This document shows, one piece after another, positions 24,663 to 37,839 of a stretch of DNA of 64,000 bases (position 1 is the first letter of the stretch; each line of letters starts with the position of its first letter). The position numbers and the translations under genes were made by a program. The notes under the pieces are model-generated. The model was not told the origin of the DNA, ran no database searches, and worked only from the letters and a program-made list of their open reading frames with translations. Source of the DNA: Octopus sinensis (taxonomy: Eukaryota); the NCBI RefSeq assembly GCF_006345805.1, contig NC_043026.1, positions 1,798,001 to 1,862,000 on the forward strand, in the 5' to 3' direction.

Positions 24663-27057
24663 AACTTAGATAAACTTAGATATGTTTCGACCAGAGATTG
24701 GTCCAGGCCATGTCTAACTTAATAGCACCACCTGATAGGATTATTCGAATCCTGTTTAAGTCAAGTTTTGTTCAAGTAGTGAGTTCTTGTTGGGTGAGTT
24801 GTATCCAGTTTTGTTCAAGTAGTGAGTTCTTGTTGGGTGAGTTGTATCCAATTATGGGTGGCTTATCTGGTATTCTTTGAAGGAATCTATCCAGACTCTG
24901 TTTAAAGTTGATGGGATCTTTTTCCTTTTTGATCTCCCTCGGGACAATGTTAAATAGGGCAGGGCCTGTTGAGGAAAAGAAATTATGTTGCAGTGTACAT
25001 GTATGTTGTGATCTTGAATTTGGCAGGGGACGTATAGCTCGTGGCCCAAGTCTTGGATGAATCTTGAAGCTAATGTTTTGGTCGTTTGGGCAAAGTTGGC
25101 GGTATATTTTCCACATCATACAAATGATGTACTGCTCACGGCGACGCTGGAGGGAGTAAAGTTTCAAGGCTTTAAGGTGATCCCAATAATCGAGAGCAGC
25201 CATGCCTTCAATTTGTTTAGTGAGAGCCCTCTGGGGTGACTCAATTCTGGAGATGTTTTGTCTTGTGTGAGGAGACCACAGTGGGCAGCAGTATTCAAGG
25301 TGTGGCCGTACAAAGGAGGAGAAAAGTGGAATGATGACACCTTGTTCTCTGGACCGGAAGGTTCTTAAGATCCAGGAACTCATCCTACGAGCTATATCGA
25401 CCTTCTTGTTGATGTGTGCACTCCAACTGAGATCGTCATCAACAATTACACCCAGGTCTCTGATATTGTTAGAGGCTGTGAGCGGTTCCCCTGAAGGAAG
25501 AGAGTATGGCTGTTTTAGTGAGGAGTTTCTTCCAAAATGCATCAGCTCAAATTTTCCCTCGTTCAGTTGCATTTTGTTTCTGTCTGCCCATCGACTCACA
25601 GCATATAGATCAGACTGGAGTTGAGTTCGGTCTGCTTCTTCATTGACGATTTGCTGGAGCTTAGTGTCATCAGCGAATATTTTCACTTTGCAGTGATGTA
25701 CGACACTGGAAAGGTCGTTTACGTAAATTATGAAGAGTAGCGGACCCAAAACAGTTCCCTGGGGAACACCGCTGGTGACTTTTGCTGGGTTTGAGTGGAC
25801 TCCATCAACTACAACATGTTGTGTTCTATTCGCCAGAAAATACTTAATCCAGTGTAGAACTTTTCCACGGATTCCAACATTTGCCAATTTTGAGAGTAGG
25901 ATGTTATGGTCTACCCTGTCAAACGCTTTACTGAAGTCAAGATATATGACATCAGAGTTCAAACCTGTTCCCAAGGCTTTGAGTACATCTTCAATGTGGT
26001 GTAAGAGTTCTGTTAGACAGTCCCTGCCACAGCAAAAGCCATGCTGATTTGAATTTAGGAGTTTGTGGGTCTCCAGGAAGTCAGCTATCCTTGATCTTAA
26101 CACTCTTTCAAACACTTTAATGATGTGGGAGGTGAGTGAGATTGGGCGATAGTTGACTGCGAGGGATCTGTTTCCCTGTTTGAAAACAGGGATGACCGAC
26201 TGGGATAGGAACAGTTTCGGTATATAATCTGAGTCTAAAGAATTTCTCCAGAGTTTGGTTGGAGGGACTGCAAGTTGATATCTACATTCCTTCAGGAGAC
26301 TAGCGGGGAATCTATCAGGGCCTACAGCAGAATAGTATTTGACCTAATTTATTGCTGCTACGATGTCAGTGGCAGTGAAGGTTATGTCTGAGATTTTGTG
26401 TTGGGAGTCAAGTTCGTTCGTTTCCCTCACATCAATATCAGTGGGAACACTAAAGACAGAGCAGTATTGTTTCTGCAGTATTTCTGCCATTTCTTTAGCA
26501 TCGTGTTGGGGAATGCCATTATCATCAATCAATGGCCCAATGGGTGAGACAGTGGTTCTATGCTTATTTGCATAAGAATAGAACACTTTTGGGTTCTGTT
26601 TGATGTTTTTGATTACCCATTGTTCCTCCACAGCTCTTTGATTTTCAATGGAGGTTTTCATGTTAGTCTGCAGATGAAGTTTTTCCAGCTCTAGTCTTTT
26701 CATTGTTGTTGAATGTGGATGTTGTGTGTGGGAATATTTTAATTGGTTGATTTTTTTGTTGAGTCTTTTGATGCGCCTGATGAGTGTTTTTTTCTTTTTA
26801 GGGAGCCGGTTTCTGTTTGTGTTAGTAGATTTCATAGGAGCGTGTTTTGAGCATGTATAGGTGACAATGTTCTCAAAGTGTTGCCATGCAGTCTCAATTT
26901 GGGTGGGACTGAGAGTGAAAGACCAGTCGATGAAGGACAGATCCTTTCTGATTGCCCCCCGCCAGTCCGCTTTGTGGAAGTTTATGTCTTCAAATTAGTG
27001 CTATGGAGTGGGATTGGCTGGTTTGGTTTTGATATGCTGGGAATTAAAATTGCAGAG
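24660..27057 (-). mobile_element. CR1-group LINE, 5'-truncated, RT nearly intact
   Basis: 447-aa ORF with YLDFSKAFD, GVPQGTVLGPLLF, IFADDTK, RPHLEYCCPLWSP; (TCTAAGTTTA)n tail; 43-bp tandem duplication 24764-24849; in-frame TAG at ~26344. Confidence 0.9.
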
Positions 27058-27512
27058 TGCATACATACATAAAACTTCGTCCTCAACATTGTTTTTAATG
27101 TCCCCCTTTCTATACTTGCTTTGGTCAGGTGGACCTTCCATTGCCAACTCTCACCTGCAAGGTAGTATTTCCCATTGCTTTCCTGAGAGACTGGAAACAA
27201 AAGATGAAAATATTGCTTGTGATGGCAAGACAAGGAAACTCAAGCATACACACAGACACACACACACACATACACATTCAAGTCCACTCACACGACTTTG
27301 ATCAACCTGATGCTTTATGGGAAGAGACTCACAATAGGACTGAACCTGAAATTACCCGGCTGGAAAGCAAATTTCTTAACCACACAACCAAACGTAGGAA
27401 AAGAGAGAGAAATAGGGAGAAAAGAGGAAAGAGAGACAAAGAGGTAAATAGACATGTAGATAGATTAACAGACAGACAGATAGATAGACAGATAGTCAGA
27501 CAGACAACAGAC

Positions 27513-27555
<43 letters not shown>

Positions 27556-27556
<1 letters not shown>

Positions 27557-29115
27557 TTCTTTATTGGCTATACAGGGCTAAACACAGAAGGGACAAAATA
27601 CAAAGTAGAGCTTTTGGGGGGGGGGGAGAAGAGAAGGGGAAAAAAGGGGGGGCGAATTCCGATCATAAAGAATCGTGAAAAGAAGAAAAAAGAAAAAAGA
27701 GGTGGGGGCAATTCCAATCAAAAGTGATCGTGGGGAAAAAGAAGAAAACAAGAAAAAAGAAAATGGGGCCGATCAATAGGGATCGTGTATCACAGTATTG
27801 TTAATGAAAAAGGGGAGAACAGATTAGGTTTATCCATGGATAGAAAAGCCTACGGAAAAGACCACGGGAACCTTGGGCAATAGTGTCATGCAAAAAGAAA
27901 ACACATTACAGTAAGTGGGTCTCTTTTTTCCTTTCGTTTTTTCTTTTTCTTTTTGGTTCATAGGATTATGCTCAAGCTGGTTCCATCATTCACACGTGCC
28001 ATCCTTGCTACATTCATCCATCTTTTTTTGAAGCATTCACTAAACAAAACTCCCCTCTCTACTCTCACCTTCCTCTTCAAGTGATACTTGAAGAAGTTGA
28101 TGAGAGATTGACCAGAGAGGAAAGTGTTTGTCTCTAGACCTTTCAGACACATCCACCATTCACATTCTTTCACCACAGCCACAAGTACGATGAAAATGGC
28201 TCTTCCTTCCCATTTCAAGGAAGAGGCAAGACAATATTCACGATAGACTCGGTTGATAAACTGACTCGTCCCACATGCGATACCAGTCGTTCAACATAGG
28301 CCCACAGGTCGGAAATGGTTGGACGCTGTACGAGTGTGTGCATGACGGCTACATCACTCTCACCACATCTCGGACAGGTCGGCCCTGTGTTTCTCAAGCC
28401 ATGTCTGTAGAGCTTATCCCGAACAGGTAGCACTTCTCGATAGCACTGCCAGGCCAGGGATCTCTGGAAGTTGTCCATAGGTCCCAGCCCGAAAGTTGTC
28501 TTGAACAGGCAGGTCAGGTATTCCTCATCGATGCTCAGGTTCACCCCGAGATCGTCGTTGTACCTCTCCTCCACTAATCCCCTATAGAATGCTTTGGTTG
28601 TATTGAAGTCACTCAAGGTCAACCCGGGACAGTATAGTTGCTTGAGAGCAACGCAATACTTGCGGTGCCATTTGCCCTTCCTTGGCCTCTTTTTGATCCA
28701 TGACTGCAGTTCAGTCATAGAGATGAGTTGCAGGAAAGCATGCCTCACAAACGGCGACCACACCTGTTCACCGTTGTCTACATAGAGCCGGAGATGTCTG
28801 CGCATCATCAACCACGGCATGCCCAGTCCTCCTTTTAATGGGTGTTGACAGCAAATAGATTGCCTGACTGTCGGGACGCATCCTTTCCACAAGAAGTGGA
28901 AGAGAATGCGTTCTAGTTTGGTGATGGTAGGGTTGGGTCAAGGCATGACGGTCAAGCGGTAGTAGATAACGGACGCGAAATACATGTTCGCCACCTCTGC
29001 TTGACCTTTTAGGGACAGCTTCCTCTCAGCCCATTGCCAGGCAAGAGTGACCACCCAACTCATTATCTTGTACCAGTTCTTCTCCATTCGGAGGTCCGGA
29101 CCAAACCAGACCCCG

Positions 29116-29116
<1 letters not shown>
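27556..29116 (-). mobile_element. L1/Tx1-clade LINE 3' portion, flanked by (GATA)n
   Basis: LGVWFG, RKLSLKG, KGGLGMP, CPRCGESD..HTLVQ; 3' end AATAAAGAAATC running into (TATC)n. Confidence 0.85.
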
Positions 29117-29180
<64 letters not shown>

Positions 29181-29239
29181 GGATGGAAGGAGAGAGAGAG
29201 AGAGAGAGAGATGAATACACACATGCAGAATTCAAGGCA

Positions 29240-29620
29240 AAATTCCTTGTGTGGGAATCAAAACCTAGAATAGAGAGGCCTCAAAGTAAACATAGCTAAG
29301 ACTATGTTTTACTCAGCAGACAAGAAGACAGGGCCCTGGAGCTGTCAAGGAAATGTCCTTGCTCAGTATGCAGAAAAGGAGTAGGTAGGGAGAAATTCAT
29401 ATGCTGTAGCAAGTGTAGGCTATGGACACACAAGAGACGCAGTGGAATTTAGGAGATGGCTAACAAAGAAGACAGGTTTTGTATTTGGCAGATGCACAGA
29501 AGTAACAAGCACTTCACAAAGAGACTCTTATAAATGCTTGGGCTGTCACACTAGAAGAAGTGGATAGCTTCCATCACCAAGGTGACATAATTAGCAGTGG
29601 AGATGGGTTTTCTGTAAGCC
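29240..29620 (+). mobile_element. Degenerate RTE fragment of the 51-56 kb family
   Basis: GLKVNIAKT, CPCSVCRKGVG, WTHKR, EEVDSF...GD..SSG. Confidence 0.7.
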
Positions 29621-29919
29621 TAGTCACTTGGCTAACCACTGGCTGGAAAAACTTTACAGAACCACTGCTGCTGCTGCTGCTGACAACGAAGCAAGATAAT
29701 ATTTGCCCCTAACCAGACATGTTCTCACAGAATATTGGAAATGCCATGGCATTGCTTGGGTGGCTGCGACAATCATTTACAACTATGAAACAAAGAGAAA
29801 AAAAGCACACACACACTCAGATCACACGTATACATACATGCATATAAACAGATATACATACAAAGATACATGCATACATGTGTGTGTGTGTGTGAGAGAG
29901 AGAAAGAGAAAGAAAGAGA

Positions 29920-30230
29920 AGGTGCATGGCTTAGTGGTTAGGGTATTCAGCTCACAATCATAATCTCATGAGTTCAATTCCTGGCAAGGCATCATGTCCT
30001 TGAGCAAGACACTTTATTTCACATTGCGCCAGTCTACTCGGCTGGCAAAAATGAGTTGTAAGTGTAATTCAAAGGGCCAGCTTTTATGTCACATTGAATC
30101 TCCCTAAGAATTATGCCAAGGGTAGGCATGTCTGTGGAGCACTCAGCCACTTGCACGTTAATTTCATGAGCAAGCTGTTCCATTGATTGGATCAACTGGA
30201 ACCCTTGTCGTTTTAATCAACAGTTATGTG
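29920..30230 (+). mobile_element. tRNA-derived SINE
   Basis: tggcttagtggttagggtattc (A box) ..gagttcaattcc (B box)..tgtccttgagcaagacact. Confidence 0.75.
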
Positions 30231-30234
30231 TGTG

Positions 30235-30277
<43 letters not shown>

Positions 30278-30871
30278 AAGTAGGCTCTTGGTGGTGTTTG
30301 CATGTCAGGGCAGCCAGAAATTGCCCTTAATCCCTTACACAATGTTCTTACAAAGCAATCTTTTCTGATGCTTTAATGATCTTTCCAGTTCAGCACCTTC
30401 TTTAAAATAAAACCACATAGGGACAGACAACAGCTTAAACACAAACAACTTTCTATGTTCTACACAGCTGCATATTAATTCAACATTTCATTCACTGTTA
30501 AAGCAAGCAGGCTTTTTGGAATCACACTGTCCATGTTCCAATCAATATTCTGTCTGAATTGACAGGATTGTTGTCTCAAACATATGTCAAACATTTTTTT
30601 TTTATATATATTTTTTGTTCATTTATTTTGTATTGTTATCTTATTTTTCTGTAATGACAAATTTTTGTTGGTGCAGTTCAAATTTGTTTCTTTGTGCTGA
30701 AATATTTGTTGCAGAAGAGACTCTTTTAACATTATAATGCTTTTTCAATAGTATTATTGCCAAGGGGCTCCAACAAATTTTGTTATACTGAAAAATTCTG
30801 TATATTGATGTTCCTTAGACAGAATTTCACTTGAATATGTGTGTGTGTGTGTGTGTGTGTGTATACACACT

Positions 30872-30904
<33 letters not shown>

Positions 30905-31059
30905 TTATGTATATATGTATGTATGTATGTTGTATGTATGTATGTATGTATGTATGTATGTGTGCATTTATGTATTGGTTTAAGCCAATTAGACAGATTT
31001 CTTGAAATTGGGCCCCATGCCAAGAGAGGGCCTGCATACATGCTTGAGCAAAGGATACT

Positions 31060-31244
31060 ATCTTTTCTTTTATCTTTTACTTGTTTCAGGCATTAGACTG
31101 TGGCCATGCTGGGGCACCACCAGGAAGAATTTTTGTTGAATGAAATTTTTTTTTAAAATTTTTTTCACTCTGGTACTTATTCTATTGATCTCTTTGCTGA
31201 ACTGCTAAGTAACAGGGACATAAATACACCAACACAGACACAAA

Positions 31245-31291
<47 letters not shown>

Positions 31292-31460
31292 ATACAACAG
31301 GCTTCTTTCATTTCTGTCTACTAAATCCACTCACAAAGCTTTGGTCAGCTCAAGGCTTTAGTAAAAAACCCTTGCCCAAGGTATCACACAGTGGAACTGA
31401 ACCCAGAAACGTGTGGTTGGGAAGCAAGTTTCTTACCACACAGCCACACCTGCACCTATG
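31060..31460 (-). mobile_element. SINE family S1
   Basis: Reverse complement of the S1 head, (CA)n spacer and tail. Confidence 0.75.
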
Positions 31461-31511
31461 ATAAATTTTTAGTATGTCATTGTGGCTAACGGTGGAACCT
31501 CAAGCCCTTAA

Positions 31512-31731
31512 CCCTTTCGTTACCAACTCGGCTGAAACCGGCTCTGGCTCTGAGTACAAATGTCTTGTTTTCATAAGCTTTGAATTAAAATCTTCCACCA
31601 AACTTTAGTCACAATTTATGTTCCTAACATTAGCTTAATGAAAACTAAGATATTTTACTAAATTCTTTGTTATATTTAAAGTAATTGAAAGAAACACAGA
31701 GCATCTCAAAATAAATTCAGTAACGAAAGGG
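31512..31731. mobile_element. piggyBac-like MITE
   Basis: TTAA-CCCTTTCGTTAC ... GTAACGAAAGGG-TAA terminal inverted repeats. Confidence 0.8.
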
Positions 31732-32654
31732 TAACTTTTGTCTGGAATTGGCGAACTACACGAAGCATAAAACGTCAATCTTCAACTTTTGTAGTGCACA
31801 GGGACTCACTGAATGTTCTCTAATTGGGCCCAGCACTTCCTAGCACCAACTCTGTATGTTTGTACATATGTGTGAGCATTTGTAGGTATATAAACGTTTA
31901 TATACATATAAGAATATTTCAGTCACTCTTAGTGCAACTGGTAGTATGTAGTCTAAGTACAACCTGTTACATGGTTGAGCTGTCATCGACTAAGCTATTA
32001 GCCTTACTAAGCCTGCTTGGTAAGAAGTGTTGAACACTGCTGGATAAAAAACAAAACAAAACCTGTTGAAGAGTGGAAGAACTCAGTAGAGTCAACGGTC
32101 ATCCAACAGCTGGGAGTGAGAAACCTGTAGTCTTTATCAAGACATCTCTCTACAACAAGTAAATTTCAAAATAACATCCACTTCATCACAACGTCTTCTT
32201 TGTTTCTGGACTTCTTGGCTTTGTTGGTGAAGCTCTTAGCAGTGTTGTTCAAAATATTATTGACTTTAAACTTCAGCACACGCATTACTGACAGCCATTG
32301 TCTTTAACATTTAGGTTAAGAGAGCTTTTCAGTGACAATCATACTTGTCTACAAGTTGACAATCACCATATATATGAGTGGGGTGGGTGCGTGCATGTGT
32401 GAGCAGGGCTGGTTGTAAGTTAATTAGACAGATCTGTTCAAATTAGGTCCTGTGCCAAGAGAAGGCCCCATGCACACGCTCGAACAGAGGACACTATGAT
32501 GAATTTTTAGTATATCAAGGCCTCAAGGTCTCAACACTTTTTGACTTGGACTAGTGCACTATATGAAGCATAAAACATCTATCTTCAGCTTTTGTAGAGT
32601 AGCGGGCCACACAAACAATTCTCTGATTGGGAACCATACTTCCTAGCACTGGCC

Positions 32655-32693
<39 letters not shown>

Positions 32694-33761
32694 TATATGT
32701 ATATCTTTCTCACTCCTTTTCCATTTTTTGCCTTCTGATTTATTTCATTAGCAGTTTCATTACGAAGCCAAGCCGAACCAAGTCAACACTATTCACTAGC
32801 AACAACCTGAAGGACACACAATGCAGCACCATGGAATTTTTACAGGAACTGATTATTTTTGTTATCATTCATCTTTTACTTGCTCCAGTCCACTCAGCTG
32901 GCAAAAACAAGTTGTACATTGCATTTCAGAGGTACAGCCTTGTCACCTTCTGTGTCATGCTGAATTTCGTTAAAGGTATGCATGTCTCAACCATTTGCAC
33001 AACCAGTGGTACATTAATTTCAGAAGCATGCTGATCCATTGACTGGATCAACTGAAACCCTTATCATTCCAAATCAAATCATTAATTATGATGGAATATT
33101 CTATCTATATCATTTCCATATGAGAAAGGTAAATCTTTTTGCTCCCTTTGTAATAATGAAATGTATTTCATCCTGTTCTCAGAGAATCTCCTTGTAAATA
33201 CGTTTATAGAATGTGTTTATCGTTGCAAACATTGACAAAAAAAATACCTTTAGTTCCTATAAGAGATTTCTACCATTCTATAAAATTTTATATTTGACTG
33301 TCTTCTAACATTTCACTTCCACTAAATATAGCTACTCCGAAGCATTTAAGCTTTATTCCTATTCATATATCACTCTATATCTCTCCACTATTTGTTGTCT
33401 GCTAATTTCTTTCTTTCTCCTCCTTCTCTTCCAATGAACTACCTTTGACATTATATCTAATAACATTTTTTTTTAAAGACTTACTAGCGTTCCCGTCATC
33501 ATATAAACAGTCATTACATTCTGTTAAAATGTCTTATTGATGTGTTTTTTTTCTTTCCCTGATGAGAAGATTGCATTGTTTTACACCATTTTATTCCTTG
33601 TGGAACAATACTAATGTTTTCTTCAAAACATATGTTGGAAGTAAAAAGATTTGAATAACACTTGTGTTTAACTCCATTTATTTATTTATCTATATATATA
33701 TATATATAAAATAAATATAAGAGAGTGGTCACTATATGGCTCACTCTAGCACCAGTTAATC

Positions 33762-33808
<47 letters not shown>

Positions 33809-33855
33809 TATATCTATATATTTATATGTATGTATGTATGTATGTATGTATATAT

Positions 33856-33921
<66 letters not shown>

Positions 33922-34573
33922 AACAATTCAATTGGATACAAACCAAGTAGTTTTAATTTTATCAAGAAATCAGTGAATATCTGTAGAGTATACCACAAAC
34001 TATAACAACTGTTCCATTGCAAACCACAAAGTGACCAGCCCAGAAATGGAGTTCATCAAGTTAACAAAAATCAAATGAAAACAAACAAACACAAAGAATA
34101 AATCAAATCATCTGCCTTATCTCTCCGTATCTTTATCTTGCTTTTTATTTTCCTTTGCTTTCTTTTTTTTGGGGGGTTTTGTTTGTTCTCTTTATTCACC
34201 CCATTTCTGAACAAGTTAATTTGAATTTGTGGTTTCAAGGTATTCTATTACCTGCTTTAGTTACTTGATACTGGCCAGGCTGGAGCACTACCTTCAAGGT
34301 TTTCAGTCAAACATATCAACCCCAGGACTTCTTTTGTTAAAGTCTAGTACTTATTCTATTGGTCTCTTTTACCAAACTGCTAAGTTATGGGAATATGAAC
34401 ACACCAACACTTGCCCAAGGTGCCACACAATGGGACTGATCCTGGAACCATGTGGTTGGAAAGCAAGCTCCTTACTACATAGCCATGCATGTGCTTATAT
34501 ATATATATATGTATGTATATATATACATATATGTATGTATATATATACATATATGTATGTTATATATAATATA

Positions 34574-34607
<34 letters not shown>

Positions 34608-34617
<10 letters not shown>

Positions 34618-34854
34618 TTCGAGACAAAACCACTATTTTGCAAATCAAACAAGGAAAGACTTAATCAATACATAAAAATTTTAATATAAATTTAAAATTT
34701 TTATGTATTGATTAAGTCTTTCCTTGTTTGATTTGCAAAATAGTGGTTTTGTCTCGAATTAATATTATATAATATTTTACTATAAAATTGGATTTAATCC
34801 TAAATCTGATGTTTTTTCCCTGTAAATTTGGATTTATTCCCTAATATTTATTAT

Positions 34855-34930
<76 letters not shown>

Positions 34931-35224
34931 CATATAAGTGTGTGTGCGTATTTATTGTGAAATAAGGTTTAATTTAACCATTTCTGCATATACCTTAATA
35001 ATCAACACTTACAATTGTTGAAATAATACTGATATGATGTATTATTTCAATGTTATAAAGTAGTATTTCAGCCATGACCTCCTGGTAAAATGATTGTAGA
35101 GTTGTGCAATAAAACAAGCTTACTCTATCTATTCTAATTCGTTAATATTTTTATAACTCTGTGTTTGTGTGTCTGTATACATATGTATATGTACATATAC
35201 ATACATACATATATATATATATAT

Positions 35225-35278
<54 letters not shown>

Positions 35279-35474
35279 TATATATATAATATTAATTAGA
35301 GACAAAACCACTATTATGCAAATTTTTTATATATTGGATTAAGTCTTTCTTTGTTTGATTTGCTTAATAGTGGTTTTGTCTCTAATTAATATTATATAAT
35401 ATTTTACTATAAAATTGGATTCAATCCTAAATCTGATTTTTCCCTGTAAATTTGGATTTATTCCTAATATTTAT

Positions 35475-35480
<6 letters not shown>
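34608..35480. repeat. 77-bp-arm hairpin repeat and its tandem partial duplicate, embedded in (TA)n
   Basis: 34608-34684 vs 34692-34768 are reverse complements; unit repeated at 35288-35480. Confidence 0.8.
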
Positions 35481-35522
<42 letters not shown>

Positions 35523-36566
35523 TCATCATCATCATCATCATCGTTTAGCGTCCGTTTTCCATGCTAATATATATATATACATACATACATATATATCTGC
35601 GGTGGTGCCCCAGCATGGCCGCGTCCTTCGGGCTAAAACATTTTTAAGGATTTAAAGATATATATATATAGATATGTATGTTTATGTATACATATATATA
35701 TATACATACAAACAAACATACATATACATGTATATATATATATATACATATACCAAAGTAAGCACATAAAAGTGAAACTAGGTGGGAAAAAAGAGTACTC
35801 AAATACCAGGGGTAGAGTAATATGCTTTATTTAAGAGCACTGCTGCTTTTGAATAAAGTATATATATATATATATAAATATACACACACACATATACATA
35901 CATACATATATATACACACAAAAACACACACAAACACATATATATGTATGCTTTAAGACATGCACATGCATGTACACACACACACACACACACACATACG
36001 TGGTGCACATATACAGAGATACAGACAGACAAAATAACAGAGTGAGATCTAATAGTTTGAGGGATGCGTCTGGTTTGTAGCAACAACTGGTTTCCTCCAA
36101 GAAATACCATTTAATGCTACCATAAAAACAGCAACAGCAACATCAACAACGGCAATGGTCTCGGCTTTCCTCAGCCTGCCAGTTGGCCTCTATATACCTA
36201 TCACTCCTCCACACCGTGCCAGGTGGAAGGAGTAACGTCCTCCAAAGCAAAAACAATCCCAAAAATGTCTGTTGTGAAGAATTACAGGTGCACGTGTGGC
36301 TGTGTGGTAAGAAGCTTGTTTCTCAACCACAGGGTTTTAGGTTCTGTCCCACTGTGTAACACCTTGCGCAATTCTCTATTATTGTATCATTGGGATGACC
36401 TTGTGAGTTGAGTGGATTTGGCAGATGGAAACTGAAAGAAGCCCATTGTGTGTGTGTATATATATATGTGTGTGTGTACATACATACATATAGATATAGA
36501 TATATATATATATATATATATATATTTAAAAAAGGAGATGTGGAACACGAGTTGTGATATATAAAA

Positions 36567-37202
36567 AAAGGAAATGAAGAAAATGCTGACAAAATAATTT
36601 AAGTAAGGGAGAGTGTATTTAATTAGGTGAAAGTTCTTTTTTTAAACAAAAAAAGAGAAAAATTGGGTTAGAATACAATGTACATTTTTACCGGTTGCGC
36701 ATTTGTTATGCTTATCAAAAGATATTTTGAGTGAGATAGAGTTCCTTTCTGATTGATTTTTTCTCTTATCTGACTTTATGTTGGGTTTGCTGTCTCTTAA
36801 CTCTGGAGCCTTTTTTTTCACATATAAGAGACAACAAACCCAACATAAAGTCAGATAAGAGAAAAAAATCAATCAGAAAGGAACTCTATCTCACTCAAAA
36901 TATCTTTTGATAAGCATAACAAATGTGCAACCGGTAAACTCTTACTTTTTTTATTCTACACTGAAATCTTACATTGAACTTTTCCACAAAAAACTGTATA
37001 TTACACACTTTTACTAAATATCTTATTCTGAAACAGAACACTGTAAGGACTCCTACTTTTTTTCTTATACACTGAAATCATTCACAAAAAAGAACATTGT
37101 ATTCTAACCCAATTTTTCTCTTTTTTGTATAAAAAAGAACTTCCACCTAATTAAATACACTCTCCCTTACTTAAATTATTTTGTCAGCATTTTCTTCATT
37201 TC

Positions 37203-37206
<4 letters not shown>
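36567..37206. repeat. Nested inverted repeats
   Basis: Outer arms 36567-36680/37094-37206; inner arms 36687-36799/36825-36938. Confidence 0.85.
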
Positions 37207-37249
<43 letters not shown>

Positions 37250-37269
37250 TATATAAATATATAAGTGTA

Positions 37270-37725
37270 GGAGTGATTGTGTGGTAAGAAGCTTGCTTCC
37301 CAGCCACATGTTACCAGGTTCAGTCCCAGTGAGTGGCACCTTGGACAAGTGCCTTCTACCATAGCATTGGACCTACCAAAGCTTTGTAAGTGGATTTGGT
37401 AGATGGAAACAGAAAGAAGCCCATTGTACATATATATAGGCATGTGTGTGTGTGTGCATAGATATATGTGTGTGTGTGTGTGTGTGTGAGTGTCTTTGTG
37501 TCTCTGTTTGTCTCCACCACCACTGCTGCTTGCCAACTGGTGTTGGTGTGTTTATGTCCTCATAACTTAATTGTTCAGCCAAAGAGATCAATAGAATAAG
37601 TACCGGGCTTTATACAATAAAAAATAAGTTCTGGGGTCAATTCTTTCAACTAAAACTTCTTCAGGTTGGTGCCCCAGCATGGCCGCAGTCAAACAACTGA
37701 AACAACTAAAAGACAGAAAGAAAAG
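37270..37725 (+). mobile_element. SINE family S1, near full length
   Basis: gtggtaagaagcttgcttccc..ggttcagtccc..ccagcatggccgcagtcaaacaactgaaac. Confidence 0.8.
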
Positions 37726-37839
37726 ATAAAAAATACATACATATATATCATCATCATCATCTTCAACATCATCATCATCATCATTATCATTATTATCGTT
37801 ATCGTCATCATCATCATCATTATTATCATTATCATCATC

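Noticed and set aside
36185-36275. Candidate minus-strand exon with AG/GT ends (also ~32065-32130)
   Set aside because: No recognisable peptide in any frame, and no coherent spliced ORF with neighbouring candidates.
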